A DNA stretch of 64,000 nt from Candidatus Multivorans sp. (GTDB lineage Bacteria > Acidobacteriota > Thermoanaerobaculia > Multivoradales > Multivoraceae): contig OZ244786.1 in NCBI GenBank assembly GCA_965219675.1, positions 1,818,597 through 1,882,596 of the forward strand. Reading direction: 5' to 3'. The translations under genes were made by a program, and so were the position numbers. Positions 45,122 to 55,157 of this stretch are shown in pieces (within the stretch, counting starts at the first letter, position 1; each line of letters opens with the position of its first letter). Under the pieces are notes generated by a model. The model was not told the DNA's origin and made no database searches. It was given only the letters and a program-made list of their open reading frames with translations.

Positions 45122-45955
45122 CTATGGTGGGGCGTCGGGATCGTAGCCCACGATGCGCACCTCGAACACCCAGGGCCAGTACTTCCCGGTGAGCAGGAAG
45201 GTTCCGGCGCCGGGCCGGTAGGCGATCCCGTTCAGCACGTCGGCCGCGGCCGCCTCCTCCTCCGTCAGCAGACCCGAGGCGTCGACGACGGCGACGACCG
45301 CACCGGAGCCCAGTTCGATCACGGCGATCTCGTCGCTGCCGTAGAGGTTCGCGAACAGGAGATCGCCGACGAGTTCGAGCTCGTTCAGGTCGGGGAGCGG
45401 CATGCCCCGCCTCGTCACGCGCAGCCGGCGCCGAACCTCGAGGGTTCGGGGATCCCGCAGGGTCAGGACCGGTGTGCCGTCGCTCATGATCAGGTGAGAA
45501 CCGTCGTACGCCAGTCCCCAGCCCTCACCCTCGTACCGGACACGGCTCCGCTCCCGTAGCGGGTCCAGCGACCAGACGAGTGCCTCGCCCCGCCGCCAGG
45601 TGAGCTGGACGAGTCGTTCCTCGGGGCCCGGTACGAGGGCGACTCCCTCTCCGAACAGCCTCCCGTCCAGATCCACCCGCGCCAGTTCCTCGCCGTCGCT
45701 CCAGCGCCATGCCCGCATGCTGGAAGAGCCGTACGAGCCGGTGCTCTCATAGACCACGCCCTCGCGCCAGAGCAGCCCCTGGGTATACGCCTCGACGTCG
45801 TGGGGACGCCGGTCCAGCACTTCGATTCGCCAGCGCTCGGAAGCTCCCGCCGGCTGCGCCGGGGTTCCCTTCGTCACGGAGCCGCTCGACCCTGCCGGCG
45901 CGCATCCGGCCGCGGAGAGGAGGATGAGACTCAAAGCCAGGCAGCAACGACGCAT
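45122..45955 (-). CDS. glutaminyl-peptide cyclotransferase-like (bacterial glutamine cyclotransferase, beta-propeller type) lipoprotein
   Basis: Lipoprotein signal MRRCCLALSLILLSAAGC; YTQGLLW, GEGWGLAYDG, LNELE, GIAYRPGAGTFLLTGKYWPWVFEV. Confidence 0.75.
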   Translation of the reverse strand: MRRCCLALSLILLSAAGCAPAGSSGSVTKGTPAQPAGASERWRIEVLDRRPHDVEAYTQGLLWREGVVYESTGSYGSSSMRAWRWSDGEELARVDLDGRLFGEGVALVPGPEERLVQLTWRRGEALVWSLDPLRERSRVRYEGEGWGLAYDGSHLIMSDGTPVLTLRDPRTLEVRRRLRVTRRGMPLPDLNELELVGDLLFANLYGSDEIAVIELGSGAVVAVVDASGLLTEEEAAAADVLNGIAYRPGAGTFLLTGKYWPWVFEVRIVGYDPDAPP

Positions 45956-46053
45956 CCGCGGCACGCTACCAGCCGAATCCGACGTCCAGTGCCTCAGACA
46001 GCGGCGAACGCGACTTGACCGTTCTCCGCCGGGTTGGAAGAGTGACGCCCGCG

Positions 46054-47643
46054 ATGCACGCTTCCTTCCTGCGCCGGATCTCCCTGCTCGCCGTCGGCGC
46101 GTTGCTCGCAGCGGCCTGGTTCGCCTTCGCGCAGCCTGCCGACGACACCTCGCTGACGAGTCCAAGGCAGACGATGCGCGTCTTCCTCGAGGCGTTCGCG
46201 ACCGAGGACGGCCGTCCTGATCTGGATGCCGCCGCCGCCTGCCTCGACCTCAGCGACCTTCCCTTCCCCGTCCGCGCGCGCCAGGGCCGCAACCTGGCGA
46301 ACGAACTGAAGCACGTGATCGACCGGCTGGAGCTCGTGGAATTCGACGCCATTCCGGACGACGGCGAGCTCGACCAGTGGGTGTTCAGCGACGAACTTTC
46401 GGTACCGATCGTCCTTGCGCCCGACAGTGAAGGCCGCTGGCTCTTCAACCGGACGACCGTCGCCGCGATCACTTCCCTGTTCCAGGAAGTGCGCGACGTC
46501 GAAGTCGTCGAAGGCGTGGAGGAAGCCCCTGTCACGGCCACGATCTGGCTGCGCGACCGCATTCCGGAGTCCCTCAGGAGCGGCGGTTTCGTCCTCTACC
46601 CGTGGCAGTGGCTGGCGCTTCCGATCCTGCTCCTTCTCGGCCTCCTGATCGACCGGCTCGTCGTCTGGACTTCCTTCGGTCTGCTCGCGAAGCCCCTGAG
46701 CAACCGCTACGAGAACCTCGACCTGCCCGGAGCGCGCCGCATTCTGCGACCCACGGGCCTGCTGGGCATGGCCGCGGCGTGGTGGCTGGGAATCCAGTGG
46801 CTGGGCCTGCCTCCGCAGGTGGATGCGTGGCTCGACACGACGCTCCTCGTACTCCTGCTGCTGGCGCTCGGCCGAGCCGCCTTCGCCCAGATCGACCTCC
46901 TGGGGACGGCCCTTCGAGCCCGCGCCAGGAGAAGCGAGAACCGGTTCCAGGATCAGTTGGTTCCGTTCGTCACGAAGACCCTGAAGCTGACCGCGGGCAT
47001 CTTCGGCGCCGTCTTCCTGATCGCCCGACTCGGGGGAGACGTCACTGCTCTGCTCGCCGGCCTGGGGTTGAGCGGCCTGGCGGTGGCGCTCGCGGCACAG
47101 GACCTGCTGAAGAACCTCTTCGGCTCGGTCACGGTGCTCCTCGACCGCCCCTTCCGGGTCGGCGACTGGATCCGAATCGGCGATGTGGAGGGCGTCGTCG
47201 AAGAGGTCGGCTTCCGGAGTACCCGGGTCCGCACGTTCTACGCTTCCCTGATCACCCTCCCCAACGCCCGCCTGATCGACGCCTCGGTGGACAACTACGG
47301 CGCCAGACAGTTCCGACGCTGGAGCACCCGTGTCCAGATCACGTACGACACGCCGCCGGCCAGCGTCGACGCATTCTGCGAGGGCATCCGGCAGCTCGTG
47401 CGCGACAACGAGTCGATGCGGCAGGACGCGTTCGAGATCCATCTGAACGAGTTCGGTCCCCACGCGCTCGAGATCATGCTCTACGTCTTCTTCCTCGCGC
47501 CGGACTGGAGCACCGAGCTACGCCTCCGACACGACCTGGCGCTGGACATTCTCCGTCTGGCAGACCGCCTGGGTGTCCGGATCGCCTTCCCCACCCAGAC
47601 GATTCAGCTGGAACCCACGACAGGCGACTCCCCGGAAGCCTGA
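46054..47643 (+). CDS. mechanosensitive ion channel (MscS family)
   Basis: Multiple N-terminal TM helices and an MscS core (AGLGLSGLAVALAAQDLLKNLFGSVTVLLDRPFRVGDWIRIGDVEGVVEEVGFRSTRVRT). Confidence 0.85.
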   Translation: MHASFLRRISLLAVGALLAAAWFAFAQPADDTSLTSPRQTMRVFLEAFATEDGRPDLDAAAACLDLSDLPFPVRARQGRNLANELKHVIDRLELVEFDAIPDDGELDQWVFSDELSVPIVLAPDSEGRWLFNRTTVAAITSLFQEVRDVEVVEGVEEAPVTATIWLRDRIPESLRSGGFVLYPWQWLALPILLLLGLLIDRLVVWTSFGLLAKPLSNRYENLDLPGARRILRPTGLLGMAAAWWLGIQWLGLPPQVDAWLDTTLLVLLLLALGRAAFAQIDLLGTALRARARRSENRFQDQLVPFVTKTLKLTAGIFGAVFLIARLGGDVTALLAGLGLSGLAVALAAQDLLKNLFGSVTVLLDRPFRVGDWIRIGDVEGVVEEVGFRSTRVRTFYASLITLPNARLIDASVDNYGARQFRRWSTRVQITYDTPPASVDAFCEGIRQLVRDNESMRQDAFEIHLNEFGPHALEIMLYVFFLAPDWSTELRLRHDLALDILRLADRLGVRIAFPTQTIQLEPTTGDSPEA

Positions 47644-50600
47644 TCGGCCGGCAGGACGATTCGCACCGACAGCCCTCCGCCGGGCCTCCTCGAGGCTTCG
47701 ATCGTGCCGCCGTGTTCCTCCACGATGCGCCGCGCGATCGGAAGGCCCAGGCCCGTGCCGCCACTCGAGGTCGAGAAGTAGGGCTCGAAGATGCGTTCCA
47801 GGTCCGTGTCCGAGACACCCCTCCCCCTGTCGTCGACGGTCACGGCGAGGCCGCCGTCACGGCCCGCCCGCGCCACGGTAACGCGAACTTCACCGGCCCC
47901 CTCGCTCGCTCCGAGGGCATTCTCGAGCAGGTTGCGGACCGCTCTCTGCACCAGGCGCCGATCGAAGGCGATACGTGCCGCCTCCGCGGCCGGCTCCGAC
48001 TGGAACACGACATCCATGCCATCCGGCGGGGGGTGCCGGTAGCCATCCACGACTTCGCGAACCGCCGCCGCCAGGTTCCCGGGCGCCGGCTGGGCCAGAG
48101 GAATCCTGCTGTATGTCGAGAACTCGCCAGCCGTGTGCGCCAGCTCCTCGACCTGCATCAGGATGTTGTCGGTGCAGCGCTCGAAGATCTCCTCCAGTTG
48201 CTCCGGTGCGTCGCGCCACACCTGCCGCAGATGCTCGGTCGAGAGGCGGATCGGGGTCAGGGGATTCTTCACCTCGTGGGCGATCAGCCGTGCCATCTCG
48301 GCCCAGGCCTCCAGTCGCTGCGCCTCCTCTTCCCGGGCCCGGTTCGCGGCGATCCGGGCCGCCATGCCGTCGATGGCGGCCGCGAGCGTCTTCAGTTCCG
48401 TCTCCTGCGGCTTGAATCCGAGGGAGGACGATCCGCCGGCGATACGTCCGGCGCCGTCGATCATCCGCATCAGCGGCCGGGTGAAACCCCGGGCGAGACG
48501 GGCGCCGACGGTGACCAGCAACAGCACCAGCGCCGTCGTGACGACCAGGGCCTGCCGTCTCAGGGCGGCAAGTTCGCGGGTGGCAGCCTCCTGCTGCGCC
48601 AAGAGCGGCACCGAGACGAAGAGGCCCGATTCACCCGGGCGCTGCTCGCCGAGCGACACAGGCGTGTACAACTCCAGATAGGAGACGCCGCGACCCGCGG
48701 TCTGGATACGGGAGGCGGTCGGATGACCGAGCAGAGCCAACCTGCCGTACACGTTGCCCGGAATGCGTTTGGGCATCAGGCCGGCGGTGAAGAGATCCGG
48801 CTTGCTCGACGCGTACACGCCGCCTCGCCAGTACAGATTGACTTCATGCCCGACGACTTCGGCGAGCCAGGCCAGAAGCTCGTCGTCCAGCTCCGCGTCC
48901 ATCGAGAATCCCGGCTCCAGGCCCAGGAGAAAGTCCGTCAGAACGTACTCGAGAGACACCAGCGCGGCACGACCCGCCACTTCCTGCTCGGCCTGGATCC
49001 GGGCGCCAAGGTTGCGGAAGAGCAAGCCGTTGAGCAACGTCAGCGGCACGATCGCAATCAGGGCCAGCACGGCCGTGAGCCGGACGGAGTAACGGCGGAC
49101 ATCGGGCAGCAGGCTGCTCCGCAGTTTCGCGGTCGGCAGACTGATCAGGAGAACGGCGAACGCCGCGGCGGACACGGCGAGCACCAGCCGGGCGGCCACC
49201 GTGGCGATCCGCCAGAGGCTCTCCGCCACGGACTGCTCCGGCAACAGCGCGACAACCCAGAGTCCTTCCAGCGTGGTCGGGCTGAACCAGGCAAGGGCAG
49301 TTCCCTCCGGCGTTTCCACGCGCAGGGTCCGGCTCGGATCCACGGCCTCCGAGGGCGCCGGCAACAGCCAGTCCTCCTGCCACGGAGAGACGATTGGCCG
49401 GCCCGCGCCGTCGACATAGGCGAGAAGCGCCTTTCCCGGCGGACTCGAGCCGCTCGGGCCGCGGCCCGGTCCACCCCGAAGCAGGCGCAACTCGAGTTCG
49501 GCGCCGGTTCCCAGGCCTCTGTCACTCCAGACATCGAGTCGCGGCACCGCCTCCGTCCAGAAGCGGACCGTCCCCCAGTCCCGTCCCCCCGAGACCACGG
49601 CGACCTCGCCGGAGGCGCTGCGCCGTTGCTGCCAGACGGGCAGGTCGCCGCGAGGCGAGCGCGCACTGCCGACCGCCAGATCCCCGGTCACCCCCTCCAC
49701 TGGCAGGCCGTAGGAAAACGTGGACGAAACCCCGTCCTCCCGAATCACGGCGAGGGCCGAGAACATCTCTGAAGCGGCCAGGGGCGACCGGCGCCAGAGC
49801 TCCAGCGCCAGATCCTGGTGATCGTCGAGTTCATTCGGATCGCCGAGGGCAAGTTCCCTCAGGTCGGTCGCCGCGACGAAGGAACGCGTCATTCCCGCCA
49901 ACGACGCGACTTCCTCGGGGTCCGGCGCATCGAGACCACGTCGAACGTTCTCGGAGAGCAGAGCCCGCACCGCGGGTCCGTGAGTGACCTCGGCGAGGAG
50001 GCCGACCGCTACGGCCGCCGCCGTGGCGGTCAGGAGAAGGTGCATCCAGTCCCGGCCAGCCGACCAGCCGGTGGACCACAGCGCGATTCCGACGAGCAGG
50101 ACCCAGGCCGTGAGCAGGACCACCCAGTGTCCGACCGGGCCCCCGAAGGAACCTCCAGGATCCGGCGGCGCCCCTGTCGCGGCCGCCGCCCAGACCTGCC
50201 ACCGATAGAGGCCGTAGCCCACCGCCGAGGCGACTCCGGCCACCCCGAGCGCCGCCGCCGCGTGCGGAGGCCTCTTCGGCTCGTTGCGGCTCCAGCGGCG
50301 GAAGACTCCCGCAAGCAGGAGGCCGGTTCCGAGGCCCAGCGCCGCCAGACCGAGCGAGCCCGCGACTCCCCGCTCGCGCTCGGAGGCAGGCTCGAAGCGC
50401 AGCCGCAGCCAGGGGGCCGGAACGCCGTCCGGGGGAGCGAGTTCACGAGTACCGAGTGCCTCCAGAGCCGGCGCCAGGGGTTCCGTGGAGTGGTCCCGGA
50501 CCGACCACCGGACCCCGTAGCGTCGTAGCCCGTACGGAGCAGGGATCGGCAAGGTGTCGGTCGGGAAGCTGTTGCCGACGACCAGGCGCCAACCGCCCTC

Positions 50601-51068
50601 ACCCGTGCTCATGTCGACAGCCGCGTACAGCGAGACTGCCGTGAAGCCGGCGGTCTGGTTGACGCCGCCGGGGAGCAGGCGCTCGAGCGGCAGATCGTGC
50701 CTCAGCCCCGAACCGCCCCATGCCCGCGCCAGACCGTCAGGATCGACCAGAACCAGGGTGCGGTCCCCTGCGTGACTCGCCCTGTCCAACTCCTCGAACA
50801 CGCTCAGCATGCCCTGCGTCGAGTCGAGTGGAAGCGTCCCGGTTCGGCGAACTCCCTCGGCCGCCCGTTCAGCGTCCTCGAGCAACTCCAGCAGCAGCTC
50901 CTGGTACGCCGCTTCCATCGCGATCATCTGCCCGCGCGTCGGAATCGGAGGCTCGTCGCTCCGCGGCCACCACTCCACCGCCAACAGGATCGCAGCCAGG
51001 CCGAACAGGCCGAAGATCACCCGGAACTCGGCAGCTCCCCCGCCGCGCTCCTCCGCGGAGGCGGTCAT
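47604..51068 (-). CDS. large multi-TM sensor histidine kinase (orphan; no response regulator adjacent)
   Basis: HisKA H-box AHEVKNPLTPIRLSTEHL, HATPase (LLENALGAS...GTGLGLPIARRIVEEHGG), about 700 aa of N-terminal membrane/periplasmic region. Its 3' end overlaps the mscS 3' end by 40 nt (convergent). Confidence 0.85.
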   Translation of the reverse strand: MTASAEERGGGAAEFRVIFGLFGLAAILLAVEWWPRSDEPPIPTRGQMIAMEAAYQELLLELLEDAERAAEGVRRTGTLPLDSTQGMLSVFEELDRASHAGDRTLVLVDPDGLARAWGGSGLRHDLPLERLLPGGVNQTAGFTAVSLYAAVDMSTGEGGWRLVVGNSFPTDTLPIPAPYGLRRYGVRWSVRDHSTEPLAPALEALGTRELAPPDGVPAPWLRLRFEPASERERGVAGSLGLAALGLGTGLLLAGVFRRWSRNEPKRPPHAAAALGVAGVASAVGYGLYRWQVWAAAATGAPPDPGGSFGGPVGHWVVLLTAWVLLVGIALWSTGWSAGRDWMHLLLTATAAAVAVGLLAEVTHGPAVRALLSENVRRGLDAPDPEEVASLAGMTRSFVAATDLRELALGDPNELDDHQDLALELWRRSPLAASEMFSALAVIREDGVSSTFSYGLPVEGVTGDLAVGSARSPRGDLPVWQQRRSASGEVAVVSGGRDWGTVRFWTEAVPRLDVWSDRGLGTGAELELRLLRGGPGRGPSGSSPPGKALLAYVDGAGRPIVSPWQEDWLLPAPSEAVDPSRTLRVETPEGTALAWFSPTTLEGLWVVALLPEQSVAESLWRIATVAARLVLAVSAAAFAVLLISLPTAKLRSSLLPDVRRYSVRLTAVLALIAIVPLTLLNGLLFRNLGARIQAEQEVAGRAALVSLEYVLTDFLLGLEPGFSMDAELDDELLAWLAEVVGHEVNLYWRGGVYASSKPDLFTAGLMPKRIPGNVYGRLALLGHPTASRIQTAGRGVSYLELYTPVSLGEQRPGESGLFVSVPLLAQQEAATRELAALRRQALVVTTALVLLLVTVGARLARGFTRPLMRMIDGAGRIAGGSSSLGFKPQETELKTLAAAIDGMAARIAANRAREEEAQRLEAWAEMARLIAHEVKNPLTPIRLSTEHLRQVWRDAPEQLEEIFERCTDNILMQVEELAHTAGEFSTYSRIPLAQPAPGNLAAAVREVVDGYRHPPPDGMDVVFQSEPAAEAARIAFDRRLVQRAVRNLLENALGASEGAGEVRVTVARAGRDGGLAVTVDDRGRGVSDTDLERIFEPYFSTSSGGTGLGLPIARRIVEEHGGTIEASRRPGGGLSVRIVLPADQASGESPVVGSS

Positions 51069-51739
51069 GGGTCAGTCGCCGCAGCCGCCGCGCGCACCGA
51101 CCGGAGAATCCGAGCCGCGATCTGATCCGCCTCACCGGTCGAGGTGTCGATCATCTCGTAGCTTGCGTCGTGCCGTAGCGGCGAGGCGCTGCGCCGGCTG
51201 TCCCGCTCGTCCCGGGCCTGGATCTGCAGCCTGAGCCGTTCTCGGGCCTGGACATCCCGACCGCCCAGCTGCCGCAGGCGCCGTTCCGTCCGCACTTCGA
51301 GCGGTGCGTCGAGAAAGAACTTGTGCCTCGTCCGGGGAAACACGACCGTGCCGATATCGCGGCCCTCGACCACCGCGCCTTCCCTGGCGGCAAACTCCCG
51401 CTGCCTTGCGACCAGCCACGACCGCACCTGGGGATGAACCGCGACCCGCGAAGTCGCCGCGTCGACCCGGGGGGTGCGAAGCAACGGTCCAGGAGCAAAG
51501 CCGTCGATGATCACTTCCGCTTCCGCGTCCCGGCTGCGCAGCTCGAACCTGATCCTCCCGATCAGCCCCTCCATGGCCGACGCCTCGGCCGGGTCCAGAT
51601 CGTCCTCCAGCGCCTTCCACGCCAGCGCTCGGTACATGGCGCCCGTGTCGAGATAGGGAACGCCGAGTTCCGCGGCGACCAGACGGGCCACGGTGCTTTT
51701 GCCTACGCCGGCCGGGCCGTCGATGGCCACGACCGTCAC
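51065..51739 (-). CDS. cmk: cytidylate kinase
   Basis: MTVVAIDGPAGVGKSTVARLVAAELGVPYLDTGAMYRA; ATGA overlap with the kinase gene start. Confidence 0.92.
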   Translation of the reverse strand: MTVVAIDGPAGVGKSTVARLVAAELGVPYLDTGAMYRALAWKALEDDLDPAEASAMEGLIGRIRFELRSRDAEAEVIIDGFAPGPLLRTPRVDAATSRVAVHPQVRSWLVARQREFAAREGAVVEGRDIGTVVFPRTRHKFFLDAPLEVRTERRLRQLGGRDVQARERLRLQIQARDERDSRRSASPLRHDASYEMIDTSTGEADQIAARILRSVRAAAAATDP

Positions 51740-52551
51740 CGGCTCCGGGGTCTCCGTCGGCGGCCACCGGGACGACCTCCTCGCGCGGCCGGTCCCGAAC
51801 CGGCTCGCAGGGTCGCGACTTCACCGGACGAGAGCTCCCGCCAGTCCCCGGGCCGCAGCGCGGCATCCTCGAGGCGGCCGATCGCCACCCGGCGCAGTCG
51901 CTGGACCGGGTGTCCGACCCGGAAGAACATCTCCCGGATCTGCCGCGTCTTCCCTTCGCGCAACTCCATCTCCCACCAGCTCGACGACCGCGCGCTCCGG
52001 CCGCCCCGGCGTGTTCGCACCTGGCGCGGCTTCACCGGCGCCGTTCGGCGGCCCGCGATGAACATCCCCCGTCCGAGCCGCTCGATCGCCGTCTTGCCGG
52101 GGAAACCCCGGACCTTGACCAGGTAGCGCTTGGAGCACCCGAAGCGGGGATGGGTCAGGCGGTTGGCAAGATCCCCATCGTCGGTGAAGAGAAGGAGACC
52201 CTCCGTGCGGTAGTCCAGTCGTCCGACGGGCTTGAGGCGGCCGCGCCACCTCTCGGGGAGAAGGTCCATGACCGTGGGGCGCCCTTCCGGGTCACTGCGG
52301 GTCGTCACATGACCGGACGGCTTGTTCAGCAGCACGTAGAGCGCCGGAGCGGTCTGCACGACGGGCTCGCCATCGACCCGCACCGTCTCCGTTCCCTTTC
52401 CCCGCTGCTCTACTCGATCGCCGAGCACCGCGACCCGGTCGCCTATCGTGACGCGCCCGGCCCGGATCAAATCCTCCGCCGCCCGGCGCGAGGCGATGCC
52501 GGCGCGCGAGAGGATCTTCTGTAGCCGCTCGCCCCTGGGCCCCTCAGCCAT
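51736..52551 (-). CDS. rluB: RsuA/RluB-family rRNA pseudouridine synthase
   Basis: S4 domain ERLQKILSRAGIASRRAAEDLIRAGRVTI; catalytic VGRLDYRTEGLLLFTDDG. Start taken at the ATG at 52551; the basic upstream extension is rejected. Confidence 0.88.
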   Translation of the reverse strand: MAEGPRGERLQKILSRAGIASRRAAEDLIRAGRVTIGDRVAVLGDRVEQRGKGTETVRVDGEPVVQTAPALYVLLNKPSGHVTTRSDPEGRPTVMDLLPERWRGRLKPVGRLDYRTEGLLLFTDDGDLANRLTHPRFGCSKRYLVKVRGFPGKTAIERLGRGMFIAGRRTAPVKPRQVRTRRGGRSARSSSWWEMELREGKTRQIREMFFRVGHPVQRLRRVAIGRLEDAALRPGDWRELSSGEVATLRAGSGPAARGGRPGGRRRRPRSR

Positions 52552-53161
52552 CGATCGGTTCCGCCGACTGCAGGGCGATTGCCCCCTGCGACGGTTCTTC
52601 TTCGGCCGCGGCCAGGAACGTCTCTTCGAACTCCTCGAGCGGCGGTAGCTCCGAGAGCGAACGCAGACCGAAGTGAAGCAGAAAGTCGCGCGTCGTGGCA
52701 TATAGAAAGGGGCTTCCGACGACTTCCTTGCGACCGGAAATCCGGATCAACCGGCGCTCGAGGAGAGTCTTCAACACGCCCGCCGAGTTCCTCCCCCGCA
52801 ATTCCTGAATCTCCGGGCTCGTGACCGGCTGGCGATACGCGACGATCGCCAGGGTCTCCACGGCAGCCATGGACAGCCTGCTGCGGCCCGCCACCTCGAA
52901 GTACTTCCGCAGGTACGGGTGCAGGTCGGACCGCGATACCAGGCGGTAACCGCCCCCGGCCCGGTCCAGGACCACACCGCGATTGGGCGAGCCGCCGCTC
53001 TCGTCGACCCGATAACGGTCAAGCACCGCCTGAAGCGCTTCCGTCGCGCGTTCGCGATCCTGTTCGGGGAATACGTCGAGCAGCTTCTCCTCCGGCTGGG
53101 GATCGGGGCTGGCGAACAGCAGCGCCTCGAACACCGCCTCCATCTCGGCCGCGTCGGTCAT
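52544..53161 (-). CDS. scpB: segregation and condensation protein B
   Basis: MTDAAEMEAVFEALLFAS, ...AAVETLAIVAYRQPVTSPEIQELRG...RRLI (winged helices). Confidence 0.88.
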   Translation of the reverse strand: MTDAAEMEAVFEALLFASPDPQPEEKLLDVFPEQDRERATEALQAVLDRYRVDESGGSPNRGVVLDRAGGGYRLVSRSDLHPYLRKYFEVAGRSRLSMAAVETLAIVAYRQPVTSPEIQELRGRNSAGVLKTLLERRLIRISGRKEVVGSPFLYATTRDFLLHFGLRSLSELPPLEEFEETFLAAAEEEPSQGAIALQSAEPIDG

Positions 53162-53961
53162 CCGGTCAGATCCTCCAGCAAGATCGGATCCAGCGCCCGC
53201 GTCGTGCGGAACAGGAACACCGAGCCGGTGTCGGATGAGTGGAGACGCACCAGGTTGAGCCGCGCCATTTCCAGAACCGCCAGGAAGCAGGCGATCGCCT
53301 CGGCCCGGCTCGAGAGGGCGAACAGGTCGTCCTTCAGGTCGAGCGCCCGCCCACCCTCGAATCGGCGCAGGAGACGTTCGATCTGGTCCCTGACGCCGAA
53401 CGTCTCCCCCTGGTAGATCAACGGACTGGGATGCTCCTCGTCGTAGCGCTTCAACACGCCCCGCAACACCTGGAGGAGATCGAACAGCGACAGATCGCCC
53501 ATGTCGAACTCCTCGTCCTCGGCGTCTCCCATGGCCTCCGTGGCGCCGCGAGTCCACAGCCCGTGGCGCAGGTCGTCGACCTCGGCCAGCGTCTGGGCGG
53601 CCTCCTTGAGCCGCTGGTACTCCAGCAGCCTCTCGATCAGTTCCCGGCGCGGATCCTCCGGCTCCTCGCCCGGTGCGGGCTCGGGTTGCGGCAGCAGCAC
53701 CCTGGCCTTGAGTTGAATCAGGAGCGCCGCCTCGTAGATGTACTCGGCGGCGATGTCGAGGTCGAGCTCGTCCATCAGGCCAAGGTACTCATGGAACTGA
53801 TCGCAGATCAGGGCAACCGGGATGTCCGTGATCTCGATCTCGCTGACTCGCACCAGGTGAAGCAACAGATCGAGTGGACCCTCGAACTCCGGCAACTCGA
53901 CTCGCCAGGAGGCCGGCAGCAAACTCGTTGCGGCCCGGGCGCTGGCGGGTCCTGCACTCAT
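53158..53961 (-). CDS. scpA: segregation and condensation protein A
   Basis: VELPEFEGPLDLLLHLVRVSEIEITDIPVALI; ATGA overlap with the scpB start. Confidence 0.88.
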   Translation of the reverse strand: MSAGPASARAATSLLPASWRVELPEFEGPLDLLLHLVRVSEIEITDIPVALICDQFHEYLGLMDELDLDIAAEYIYEAALLIQLKARVLLPQPEPAPGEEPEDPRRELIERLLEYQRLKEAAQTLAEVDDLRHGLWTRGATEAMGDAEDEEFDMGDLSLFDLLQVLRGVLKRYDEEHPSPLIYQGETFGVRDQIERLLRRFEGGRALDLKDDLFALSSRAEAIACFLAVLEMARLNLVRLHSSDTGSVFLFRTTRALDPILLEDLTG

Positions 53962-55157
53962 CTGCGTGGATTCTTCCACACCGGCGAGGCCGGTCCCGCC
54001 GCTCGCTCCACCGCCTCCAGCCACTGCCGCGCGGCGTGTTGCGGCCGGTAGCCCTGGTCCAGTCGGCGCCGTCCCGTCTCGCCGCGCCGGCGCGATTCCT
54101 CGGGATCGGACGTGGCGGCAATCAACGCGTCGGCGAGAGCGCTCGAACGTTCCGGCGGCACCAGCCAGCCGGTTTCCCCATCGACCACGACCTCCGGAAT
54201 ACCGCTGACGGCCGAAGCGATGACGGGAATCCCGTCGTCCATCGCCTCCAGGACCACGAGCGGCATGCCCTCGTAGGTGGAGGGAACGACAAGGGCCCCC
54301 GCGCGCCGCCGCAACCGGGCGACCTCCGACCGTGAGCAGCGGCCCGCGAAGCGCACCGCCGTTCCCAGCCGAAGACGGCGCGCCAGCGCCGAAAGGGACT
54401 CGCGCCGCTCCCCGTCGCCCGCGATGACCAGCCGCGGCCGGTGTCCCCGTTCCCGAGCCGCGGCCAGGGCATGGAGCAGGATCTCGAACCCCTTGCGGAT
54501 ACGCATTCGCCCTACAGCGAGCACGAACGGCTCCTTTCCGGCGATGTCCTCACCCCGACTCTCCCGTGCCTGGCGATCGTCCGGAGACGCCAGGGGTGCT
54601 CCCGTCGCGTTGGGGACCACCCGGACGCCGGCGACTCCGTAGTCGCGCTCGATCTCCTTCGCCGTGACCCGGCTCGGAGCCAGACACAGGTCGGCATGCC
54701 TGGCCGACATCCGGCCGAGCGCGATATGCACAGGGGTGCGCAGCGAACGAAAGACGCTCTCCCTCGCGGTGGGACGCGCCACGACCGCGGAGTTCCGGTC
54801 ACCGTCGACGAGCGGACGGACGGCCTGGCGCTCCCGGACGTAGCTCACCTGCTGGAGGGCTGCGAGCAGCGGCCGGTTGGCGCCACGCAACCGGGCAAGG
54901 TCCCGGATGACCAGTCCGCCGTCGCTCTCGTGGACCTGGACCACGTCCGGCCGCCACTCGCCGACCCGGCGCGCAACAGCACGCCGCGCGTACCAGGGAA
55001 AGGAGGTCTTGGAGACCCCGGGGCCGCACCGGTCGCGGCCCAGGACCTCGACCTCGCAGCCGGCCTCGCGCAGGCCCCAGGCGAGCTGCAGCACCTGTTC
55101 GCCCGCGCCGGAGAGGTCCCGCGGCGGCAGGACATTGGCGACCAGGAGGATCCTCAC
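53958..55157 (-). CDS. glycosyltransferase family 4 (GT-B) protein
   Basis: C-terminal EX7E region VPSTYEGMPLVVLEAMDDGIPVIASAVSGIPEVVVDGETGWLV; N-terminus VRILLVANVLPPRDLSGAGE. Confidence 0.85.
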   Translation of the reverse strand: MRILLVANVLPPRDLSGAGEQVLQLAWGLREAGCEVEVLGRDRCGPGVSKTSFPWYARRAVARRVGEWRPDVVQVHESDGGLVIRDLARLRGANRPLLAALQQVSYVRERQAVRPLVDGDRNSAVVARPTARESVFRSLRTPVHIALGRMSARHADLCLAPSRVTAKEIERDYGVAGVRVVPNATGAPLASPDDRQARESRGEDIAGKEPFVLAVGRMRIRKGFEILLHALAAARERGHRPRLVIAGDGERRESLSALARRLRLGTAVRFAGRCSRSEVARLRRRAGALVVPSTYEGMPLVVLEAMDDGIPVIASAVSGIPEVVVDGETGWLVPPERSSALADALIAATSDPEESRRRGETGRRRLDQGYRPQHAARQWLEAVERAAGPASPVWKNPRR

